Assembly: GCA_964568665.1 (NCBI GenBank)
Contig: CAZMPY010000005.1
Span: 196,330 to 260,329, forward strand
Length of the DNA: 64,000 bases
Source: an uncultured Thermoplasmata archaeon
Lineage (GTDB): Archaea; Thermoplasmatota; Thermoplasmata; UBA10834
Direction of reading: 5' to 3'
The notes beneath the pieces were generated by a model. That model saw nothing but the letters and a program-made list of their open reading frames with translations, made no database searches and had not been told where the DNA came from. Shown here piece after piece: positions 18,005 to 26,300 of the stretch (positions are counted from its first letter, which is position 1; every line of letters starts with the position of its first letter). The position numbers and the translations under genes were made by a program.

Positions 18005-18832
18005 ATGTTGCTGAACACCATGGAACCGCTGAGAGAGAAGGCTGAGAGGCTGAGAGCGACCGTCAGATCGCTCGGCTCCGCAGCGGTCGCATTCTCCGGC
18101 GGCACGGACTCCGCACTCGTCGCGAAGGTCGCGCACGAGGAGCTCGGGGATAAGGCCCTTGCGGTCACGGTCGCTTCACCGGTCTATCCGAGGACGGAGC
18201 TGGACAGGGCCAGGAAGGTCGCCAAGGCGATAGGCATCAGGCACGTCGTGATAGAGCTGAACCCTCTCCTCGAGGGGAGGTTCGTGGCGAACAAGCCGGA
18301 CCGATGCTTCATCTGCAAGCTCGGGGATATGCGCGCGATAAGGGACCTCGCTGACAGGTACGGGATGATCGCGGTCGTGGACGGCACGAACGCGGACGAC
18401 CTCGCGGACTTCAGGCCAGGCCTCAAGGCGACTCAGCAGATGCGGGTGAGGAGCCCGCTCGCCGAGGCGCGCATGTCGAAGAACGATGTCAGGAGGCTCT
18501 CGGCGAGCATGCGCCTCCCGACGGCGAAGAAGCCCTCGAGCCCGTGCCTCGCATCGAGGATCCCGTACGGCGAACCGATCACGGACGAGAAACTCCGGAT
18601 GATCGAGATAGCGGAGGACCTCCTCGTGTCCAAGGGGTTCGACCAGGTCAGGGTCCGGTTCCACGGGGACACCGCCCGCATAGAGGTCGACCCTGCCCAG
18701 GTACAGAGGCTCTCGTCCCCCAGGACAAGGAAGGCGGTCGTCAAGGAACTGAAGCGCCTGGGATTCTCATATGTCTCATTGGACCTGGAGGGCTACAGGT
18801 CGGGAAGCTTGAACGAGGTGCTCGGAAGATGA
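18005..18832 (+). CDS. larE: ATP-dependent sacrificial sulfur transferase LarE (PP-loop ATP pyrophosphatase)
   Basis: AFSGGTDSALVA PP-loop, ...SSPCLASRIPYGEP conserved sacrificial Cys motif, 275 aa. Confidence 0.75.
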   Translation: MLLNTMEPLREKAERLRATVRSLGSAAVAFSGGTDSALVAKVAHEELGDKALAVTVASPVYPRTELDRARKVAKAIGIRHVVIELNPLLEGRFVANKPDRCFICKLGDMRAIRDLADRYGMIAVVDGTNADDLADFRPGLKATQQMRVRSPLAEARMSKNDVRRLSASMRLPTAKKPSSPCLASRIPYGEPITDEKLRMIEIAEDLLVSKGFDQVRVRFHGDTARIEVDPAQVQRLSSPRTRKAVVKELKRLGFSYVSLDLEGYRSGSLNEVLGR

Positions 18833-19599
18833 CCCCGAAGAGGATCGAGGATGTGCTCAAGGCCCTGGCGGACGGAAGGCTGACCGTGCCTGAGGCGCTC
18901 GAGAAGCTCAGGACGCTCCCCTACGAAGACCTTGATTTCGCGAAGCTGGACCACCACAGGGAGCTCAGGAAGGGCATCCCGGAGGCGATATACTCCCCTG
19001 GGAAGACCGACGCGCAGGTCCTCGCGATCGCGGAGAAGGTCCTCGCCCGGGGCGGCGAGGCAGTCTTCACGCGCATGAGCGAGGACACCAGCAGGAAGCT
19101 CAGGCGCAGGTTCAAGGGGAAGGTCCGGTGGCACCCCCAGGCGAGGATCGCAGCCGTCAATGTCGAGCAAAGGCCCATCAAGGGCAGGGTCCTGGTCGTC
19201 ACCGCCGGCACCTCAGACAGCCCGGTGGCGGAGGAGGCTGCGGTCACCGCCGAGCTCCTCGGCTGCAGCGTCGAAAGGCTCTACGATGTAGGCGTTGCGG
19301 GCATGCACAGGCTGACCTCGAACCTCAAGCAGTTCGATTCGGCCGACGCGATCATCGTGCTTGCGGGGATGGAGGGCGCCCTGCCGAGCGTCGTCGCGGG
19401 GCTCACAAGCAGACCGGTGATAGCAGTCCCGACGAGCGTCGGGTACGGGGCGAGCTTCGGAGGCATCGCGGCGCTCCTGGGCATGCTCTCGAGCTGCTCC
19501 AGTGGCATAGGCGTCGTGAACATAGACAACGGGTTCGGCGCGGGCGCGCTCGCAGCCGTGATCCTCAACAGCAGGAAGGCCCGGTCAGGGAATCCTTGA
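18829..19599 (+). CDS. larB: nickel-pincer cofactor biosynthesis protein LarB (PurE-like carboxylase/hydrolase)
   Basis: ATG overlaps the LarE TGA (ATGA). N-terminal LarB domain plus PurE-like VVTAGTSD...AGMEGALPSVVAG. Confidence 0.75.
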   Translation: MTPKRIEDVLKALADGRLTVPEALEKLRTLPYEDLDFAKLDHHRELRKGIPEAIYSPGKTDAQVLAIAEKVLARGGEAVFTRMSEDTSRKLRRRFKGKVRWHPQARIAAVNVEQRPIKGRVLVVTAGTSDSPVAEEAAVTAELLGCSVERLYDVGVAGMHRLTSNLKQFDSADAIIVLAGMEGALPSVVAGLTSRPVIAVPTSVGYGASFGGIAALLGMLSSCSSGIGVVNIDNGFGAGALAAVILNSRKARSGNP

Positions 19600-20502
19600 G
19601 CCGCACTTCCTGCAGAACGCATCGGATTCGCGCGGCTTGCTCCCGCAGGACGGGCACTTGCGATCCCGGAGTATCTTCGTGCCGCACTTGGCGCAGAACA
19701 GATCGTCGTCGTGGGACGGTGTCGAACATGTCACGCACCTGCCCTTCGGCGATTCCATCTCGGAGACCTCATCGACCTCCGGCGGAGGCGCAGGCAGCTC
19801 CTCGCCGTCCCCGGCCTTGAGCGGTATGGTCTCCCCGTCGGCGACGACGCTGACCTCCTTCCTGGCCTTGACTGCGAGCGAGAGGGCCTTCGAGTAGTTC
19901 CCTCTGGAGAACTCCGCGTCCGCCCCCTGGATCAGCTGCTCCGCCTTGAACACGTCCCTGCCCGAGGCCGCGGCCTTGCTCACATCACCCCTGGCGGTGT
20001 TGATCTCGAACTTGGCGCCCATGTAGTTCATGCCCTTGTCGTCCTGCAGCTTCGAGCCGCTGTAGGAATCCGTGGCGGGCACGGCTGGCAGCTTCTTCGG
20101 GGACGACGCGGCGGTCTCGGCCACCAGCTCCAGGCGGTCCTTCGCCTCCTGGTCCTCGGCCTGCGCCGGCGTCCTCTGGGGGAGTTTCTTGGTCTTCGTG
20201 AGCTCCTCCTTCGCATTCTCGCTCAGCTCCATCGACCTCTCGTACTCCCCTCTGAGCATGGCCTCCTTCGAGCTCGTCAGGAGTTTCCTCGCAGCGCTCA
20301 CATCCGAACCCTGCCGCTCGAGGACGTTGAGCACCGAGCGCACCGTGTGGATCGCGTTGAACGCCGCGTCCTTCTTGACGCCGACCTTCCGGACCTCCTT
20401 GGCCTTGCCCCGCATGATCCTCACCTCGAAGTAGAGGACGAGCGACATGATCACTGCGAGCAGGGCTATCAGAATCATCTTCTCTGTGTCGGTGAGGGCC
20501 AA
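19585..20502 (-). CDS. membrane-anchored coiled-coil protein with C-terminal double zinc ribbon
   Basis: TTG start at 20502 with GGAGGAG 9 nt upstream (ATG alternative 20478). N-terminal TM helix, long charged coiled region. C-terminal CVTCSTP...FCAKCGTKI...CPSCGSKP...FCRKCGSRI. Confidence 0.6.
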   Translation of the reverse strand: MALTDTEKMILIALLAVIMSLVLYFEVRIMRGKAKEVRKVGVKKDAAFNAIHTVRSVLNVLERQGSDVSAARKLLTSSKEAMLRGEYERSMELSENAKEELTKTKKLPQRTPAQAEDQEAKDRLELVAETAASSPKKLPAVPATDSYSGSKLQDDKGMNYMGAKFEINTARGDVSKAAASGRDVFKAEQLIQGADAEFSRGNYSKALSLAVKARKEVSVVADGETIPLKAGDGEELPAPPPEVDEVSEMESPKGRCVTCSTPSHDDDLFCAKCGTKILRDRKCPSCGSKPRESDAFCRKCGSRIP

Positions 20503-20547
20503 GGAAGCCAGCTCCTCCTGAGGTCGTTCCGTTGAGATATCTGTGCT

Positions 20548-20555
20548 CTTATAAA
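20548..20555 (-). promoter_or_regulatory. TATA box (TTTATAAG) for the 19585..20502 gene
   Basis: ~45 nt upstream of TTG 20502. Confidence 0.4.
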
Positions 20556-20721
20556 CCCTTCTCCGAGGTTGTCACACAGCGGACACGGCATCGCCCAGCG
20601 GCGAGAACGCGCTACAGAGATGATAGGATAGGTAGAGTGGCTGACGGCTTTCCACAACCGTAACGGGTTCAAGCAATGCAGTTCACCCTGTACCCGAAGG
20701 TACAGAGCTAGTACATCTAGC

Positions 20722-20858
20722 CGTTACGGCCGAGACCCCGCAAGGGGGTTAAGCTTCCCGAGGGCTCGCGCACCTCAGTACCGCGGAGAACGTAGGCGGG
20801 CTTAACTTCTGGGTTCGGAGTGGGACCAGGTGTAGCCCCGCCACTATGGCCGTCAAAC
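20722..20858 (-). rRNA. rrf: 5S ribosomal RNA (stand-alone), possibly with a 3'-proximal extra hairpin
   Basis: Minus strand reads ...GACGGCCAUAGUGGCGGGGCUACACCUGGUCCCACUCCGAACCCAGAAGUUAAGCCCGCCUACGUUCUCCGCGGUACUGAGGUGCGCGAGCCCUCGGGAAGC.... It aligns along its length with archaeal/bacterial 5S (loop A, helix II/III, CCGAAC...AGAAGUUAAGCC, GUACUG...GCGCGAG...GGGAA). Ends are approximate. Confidence 0.8.
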
Positions 20859-20888
20859 CGCTCTGTAAGGGCACCAAATAACGACGTC

Positions 20889-20898
20889 CTATATAAGT
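20889..20898 (-). promoter_or_regulatory. TATA box (CTTATATAGG) ~35 nt upstream of 5S rRNA
   Basis: Only AT-rich block in the region, correct orientation and spacing. Confidence 0.5.
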
Positions 20899-21021
20899 GT
20901 TGTTGAGCAGAAGCTGTCTGGAGCTCGCCCCCTCGGAGGGGCGGGGGCCCAGGCATCCGATCAGACAGCACACAGATGGTCGGATTGATTAGCCCGATCG
21001 GCATTCGAGGGACGGCAGGCC

Positions 21022-21759
21022 ATGAGGAAAATCGTAGCGGTCACGTTCGACCTTTGGGACACCCTCATCAAGGAGGCTCCAGGGAACACCGAGAAGGTCG
21101 CGAGGCTCAGGATCGACGGGATCACGAGCCGGCTCTCCGAGAGCGGCCACACGCACGACTGGGAGGAGGTGGAGGAGGCCTATGCGAAGACGGGGGATTT
21201 CCTGGACTTCACATGGGGCAAGTCCAGGGACATGCCCGTCAGGGACCACGTCCTGTTCCTCCTGAACTGCATCGAGTGCAGGCTCGCGAGCAAGCTCTCG
21301 AAGGAGGATTTCGACGCGGTCGTAAAGGTCTACGCCGACAGCCTCCTCGACCAGCCGCCGCTCCTACTGCCCAAGGTCAGGGAGACCCTGGGCGAGGTCA
21401 AGGAGAAGGGGTACAGGACGGGCCTGATATCCAACACTGGCAAGACGCCAGGGACGACCCTGAGGACGCTCCTCGACCGCATGGGGGTCCTCGAGTACTT
21501 CGACGTGATGACATTCTCGAACGAGGTGATGGTGAGGAAGCCTTCGGCGGGGGTTTTCAGGGTCACCCTCGAGAACCTCCGGACGCTCCCGAGGGCGGCC
21601 GTGCACATAGGGGACGACCCCAGGAGCGACGTGGGCGGGGCCAAGGACTTCGGCATGTACGCCATCCAGGCGCTGTACACAGGGGCTACCGTGTCCGACT
21701 CGGCCGACGGGCACGTGACCGACCTTGCCCAGGTCTCGGACGTCCTGGACAGGCTGTGA
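21022..21759 (+). CDS. HAD-superfamily hydrolase (subfamily IA)
   Basis: VTFDLWDTLI motif I, LISNTG motif II, K...GDD motif III/IV. Confidence 0.75.
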   Translation: MRKIVAVTFDLWDTLIKEAPGNTEKVARLRIDGITSRLSESGHTHDWEEVEEAYAKTGDFLDFTWGKSRDMPVRDHVLFLLNCIECRLASKLSKEDFDAVVKVYADSLLDQPPLLLPKVRETLGEVKEKGYRTGLISNTGKTPGTTLRTLLDRMGVLEYFDVMTFSNEVMVRKPSAGVFRVTLENLRTLPRAAVHIGDDPRSDVGGAKDFGMYAIQALYTGATVSDSADGHVTDLAQVSDVLDRL

Positions 21760-21793
21760 AAGTGTTATTCACGTAAAGGCACATCGGGGGCGC

Positions 21794-22516
21794 ATGACCT
21801 TCGAGCCGTTCGGCATGGCCCTCCAAGACCACCTGGAGGGCAAGTCCCCGACGATAACGATCGAGCGTGATGACGGATACATCGACGAGATGGACTTCGA
21901 GGAGTACTTCGTGGGGTACGACGGGTTCCCGGCCTGCGAGAAGCAGGCGCTGGCATACGCCAAGGGAAGGACTCTGGACCTGGGGCTCGGCGCGGGCAGG
22001 GTGTGCCTGCACCTCCAGGACCAGGGACTGGACCCGGTCGGGATCGACATCTCCGACCTCGCGCTCGAGGTCGCCCGGAAGCGCGGCGTCAGGAACGCCG
22101 TCAAGATGTCTGTCTGCGAGCTCGATTTCGAGGAAGGGAGCTTCGACACCGTCGTTGCGTTCGGCAACAACTTCGGACTGTGCGGCGCGCCGGAGAAGGT
22201 CCTCGGGATGATGGTCAGGCTCAGGGGCATCCTGCGGGAGGACGGCGCATTCCTGGCGGAGTCCGTGAACCCGGTGGCCACGGACAACCCCGCGCACCTG
22301 CGGTATCACAAGGCCAACCTGGAGAAGGGCAAGTACCGGGGACATGTGCGCATCCGGGACAAGTACAAGGGGGTCGTCGGCGGATGGTTCGACCTGCTCA
22401 TGGTGACCCCGGACGAGATGGCGGAACTCGCGAAGCGCGCAGGGTTCAGGGTCGAGAGGATCTGCCGCGAGAGCGAGTCGGACAGGCTCTACGTGGCCGT
22501 CCTGAAGAAGGCGTGA
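21794..22516 (+). CDS. class I SAM-dependent methyltransferase
   Basis: TLDLGLGAGRVCLHL motif I, VVAFGNNFG motif. Internal ATG chosen; the track start is a TTG overlapping the HAD gene. Confidence 0.7.
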   Translation: MTFEPFGMALQDHLEGKSPTITIERDDGYIDEMDFEEYFVGYDGFPACEKQALAYAKGRTLDLGLGAGRVCLHLQDQGLDPVGIDISDLALEVARKRGVRNAVKMSVCELDFEEGSFDTVVAFGNNFGLCGAPEKVLGMMVRLRGILREDGAFLAESVNPVATDNPAHLRYHKANLEKGKYRGHVRIRDKYKGVVGGWFDLLMVTPDEMAELAKRAGFRVERICRESESDRLYVAVLKKA

Positions 22517-22518
22517 GC

Positions 22519-23304
22519 TCAGAACAGCGAGAGCGCCAGCGCCAGAAGCGTCCCGATGGATATCGACGTCAGGTTGTTCCCCAGCTTGCCTATCCTGCCG
22601 TCGGTCTCGATGGTCGCGCCGATGACGCTGTCCACCTGGCACCCGAAGAAGCCGCACAGCATGGGTATGAACAGCGTCGCGGGACCTGCCAGGAGCCCGG
22701 TGTCGAACGCGGCGAACACGACGTACGCGACCACGGAGGTGTACGCGGCCGCGACGAACGCCACGAGCTGGCCCGTGAGGGATATCCCTCCGTCCACGCC
22801 CCGCTTGGTCCGCTTGAAAGTGGTTATCAGGTAGACCCTCGGGTCGGTGATGCCGATCTCGCTCGCAGCCGTGTCCGCAGCGGCGACGGCGATGGCGGAT
22901 GTGAAAAGGAAGCTCGCGGTGTTCTTAGGGAAGATGTTGCCGGAGGTCAGGCCGGACACGTCGAGATACTCGGACACGAAACTGACGAGCGCGATCGCCG
23001 CGGGGACGGCACCGTTCGCCGCGACGTTGCGCCACCTGCGCTCGCCGCCCTTCCCCTCCTGGAACCCTTGGGACTTCTTCCATTCGAACCTGTACTTGGT
23101 CGCGCCGAAGCTGGTGACCATGAACACGAGCAGGAGCAGGAGCCACAGGATGTTGCCGCAGATGCCGATGACCATGCCGACCACGAAGGCCGACAGGGAC
23201 CCTGACAGATCGAATATGCCGCGCTTGTACGACGCGACGGCCATGACCACGCAGAACACGGTCACGCCGATGATGGTCGGCAGGTCGGGCAGCGGAAGGG
23301 ACAT
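22519..23304 (-). CDS. DUF92/TMEM19-family integral membrane protein
   Basis: Polytopic; conserved GxxxGxxDSVIGAT-like C-terminal motif. Lies 12 nt downstream of giant surface protein 1 on the same strand. Confidence 0.55.
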   Translation of the reverse strand: MSLPLPDLPTIIGVTVFCVVMAVASYKRGIFDLSGSLSAFVVGMVIGICGNILWLLLLLVFMVTSFGATKYRFEWKKSQGFQEGKGGERRWRNVAANGAVPAAIALVSFVSEYLDVSGLTSGNIFPKNTASFLFTSAIAVAAADTAASEIGITDPRVYLITTFKRTKRGVDGGISLTGQLVAFVAAAYTSVVAYVVFAAFDTGLLAGPATLFIPMLCGFFGCQVDSVIGATIETDGRIGKLGNNLTSISIGTLLALALSLF

Positions 23305-23316
23305 CCAGGGACCTCC

Positions 23317-26300
23317 TCAGGACGCCTTCCCCTTCAGGCCCAGGAGCAGGGACGGGGCCTTGGAATAGAGCGCCTTCGCGATGTCGTTCACCCCGCGGAC
23401 CTTGTCGAGGTCACCGTCCCAGTCGATCAGATCGATCTCGAACCTGCCCTCGATCGCGTCCAGCACCTTCTTCATCCGCGAGGCGACCTTCCGGGACGCC
23501 TTGCCGTGGAGCACGACCGCGAGGAACAGGTACTCGCCCTTCTCGATGAGCACGACCTTCTCGCCGAAGTCGAGCTTCCTGAGCGTGAACGAGGTCTCGT
23601 CCTTGAACGAGTCCTTGACGAAGTCCTGGATCGCGACGAACATGCTGCTTAGGACCTGGTCGTCCATGCCCGGCTTGAGCCTGCGGGTGCTGTGCCCCAG
23701 CATCCTGCCGTCGTTGTATATCACGAACGTCTCGTCAACGGCTATCGAGGACTCGTGCAGGAAGTAGGCCGCCGTGCCCAGCGCGGCCGCCACGGAGACG
23801 GCCAGCAGGTACGGGAACGCGTAGTCGAAGAACCTCAGCTTGACCGTGACGGTGTAGGTCTCGCTCGTGTACTCGTTGCCCGCGAGGTCCGACACCGTCA
23901 GGAAGTAGCTGAGGGGGCCGGACCGCGTGGGCACCTCGACCAGGGCGTAGTACGTGTCGGTGTCGCCGACGCGGGTCATCAGGACCGGTGAGACGACGTC
24001 GTCACCCGGGAGCAGCACATGCAGGAGCACGCTGTGGATGTCGATGTTGTCCTCGTCGATGGTCACGGATATGTTGAGCTTCCCGCCGCCGTAGGTCGTG
24101 TTCCCAACAGCCTTGAAAGTGACCACGGGCGAGGTGTCGTCGATCACGACCACGAGGCCGTTCCTGACCGCGATGTTCCCGTCACGGTCCTCGGCGCGGA
24201 CATCGATGACATGGTCGCCGTCGGACCAGCCGGTCGTGTCCAGCTCGTAGAGCGTCTCGAAGTCGGCGAACGGGGAGCCGTCCACGGAGTACCGGACATA
24301 GATCAGCGGGATCGTGTCGTCCCCGACGCTGAACCTGAGGGGCGTGCCGGACCGCACGACCGAGTTGTTGCCGGGGGTCGTCATCTCGACGGTCGGCTCG
24401 ATCATGTACAGCGTCCTGCTGAGCCTCAGGGTGTTGCCGTCGTCGTCGGCGGCGGTGAGGTTGACGACACAGTTCCTGACGGGGTCGTACTCGTGCTCGA
24501 CCACGGCCAGCGGCATCCCGAGGTCGACCTCGGAATAGCCGTCCCCGAACTGCCAGACCATGTCCGTGATGTCCGGGTACCTGTCGAGCAGCGAGGATGC
24601 GTCGAACGTCACCAGCCGCGTCATCTCGGGATCGTCCCGGGTCACGAGCAGGTCCAGGGATGCGGTGCCCGTGGGGACCATGTCCCTGACGTCGATGTAC
24701 ACTTGCTGGACCCCGGCCGAACCGTCCGAGTCCGTGATGCGGACCTTGGCGGTGTAGTTCCCGGTCCAGTCATATGTGAAATGCGTGTAGTTCTCCTGGG
24801 AGGTCCTGTCGGATATGAACTCGCCCCCGAAGGCGCTGAAGTCCCACTCGAACCCGACGACATCGTCGTAGCTCTCGAAGCTGGCGGACAGGTTGAGCTC
24901 CTGGAACTCGTAGTACAGAGAGGATGCTGGAAGGGTCACGAGGTCGATGAACGGGGCGATCTCCAGGACCTCGAACGGCATCACGAACGACCCGAGGTCG
25001 CCGTCGGGCTCGGCCACATCGAGCCTCATCTCGTAGGCCCCGTCCCCGAACTCGAAGGTCGTCGACGCCATGGCCTCGCCGTCGAATGGGTACTCGACCT
25101 GTGTCGCATTGGGATAAGTGAGCGTCCAGAGCCAGGTCGAGATGCCGTCGTAGGTGTAGGTCTCGTCGACGAAGCTGAACGGCACGCCCTCCTCGGGCGA
25201 CGGAACGGACAGCGCGAAGGACGCCTCCGGGCCTATGTCCGAGACGACGACGTTCATGGACGACATGTTCCAGTCGCCATCAACATCCGTCACGCGGACA
25301 GCGACGACGTAGGATTCGGACACGCCGGATGCGCCGAACTCATAGGTCGTGTAGTTCACAGCCCCAGTGTTCCGATCGGCGACGAACGCGCCACCGGAGT
25401 ATGAGAAGTTCCACTCGACGCTCTGGATCGTGTCCACGGGCCCGTCGTGCAGCAGGTCGATCTCAACGGAGAAGTTCACGGACTGGCCTTCTTGGACGGA
25501 CTCATCGCCCGTGAGGATGAGCTCCGGGGCCAGCGCCTGAACGTCGATGAACTGAACGACCGCATCGAACGAGCCGTCGGAATCGGTGGCCTTCAGCGTC
25601 ACGATGTGCATGCCGTCGTTGAACTCCCATGCCACGGACGACTCGAGCCCGGTCGATACCGGGATGCCGTCGATGGTCCAAGCGAGCTCGACGACCGGGT
25701 CGAAGGATGTGGTCGCATCGGTGAACGTGACAACCTGTCCCTCGGACGGGTTCACAGGGGACCACGAGAAGTCGACATGCGGCACGCTGTCCACGACCTC
25801 GACCGTGGTCGTGTCGTTGTCCGTGAGGTTCGCGGGGTCGCGGACCTCGACCGTGACGTCGTACAGACCCAGGACCGCGTAGGCATGCACCGGGTTGGGC
25901 GCCCTGACCCAATCGGTCGTGTTGCCGTCCCCGAAGTCCCATCTGTAGTCCATGTAGGGCAGCTCAGACGTGCCTGTCGAGGATGAGCCATCGAATGTGA
26001 GCAGGTCGCCTTGGCCGGCCGAATACGGTCCGCCCGCGTGGGCCACCGGCGGGAAGTTGATCTGCTCCCAGGCGGACACCGAGTGCGACCCGGAGTCGCA
26101 GACGAGCAGGTCGCCCCTGTGGTCCTGGGTCGCGTCGCCCATGGCCGCGCATGTCGGATACGCGCCGGTCACGAAGGCCATCGATGGTTCCGCCGGGAGC
26201 GTACCAGCATCCTGTCGGTAAAGGAAGAGGAGGTCCGCACCTGCGAATATGGCCACGACATCCGCATGGCCCCTGTCGGTCGCGTCGATGACGAAGACAT

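Noticed and set aside
20535-21000. RNase P RNA or SRP RNA hypothesis for the structured non-coding region
   Set aside because: No P4/CR motifs and no SRP helix-8 motif. Instead the sequence aligns along its length with 5S rRNA.
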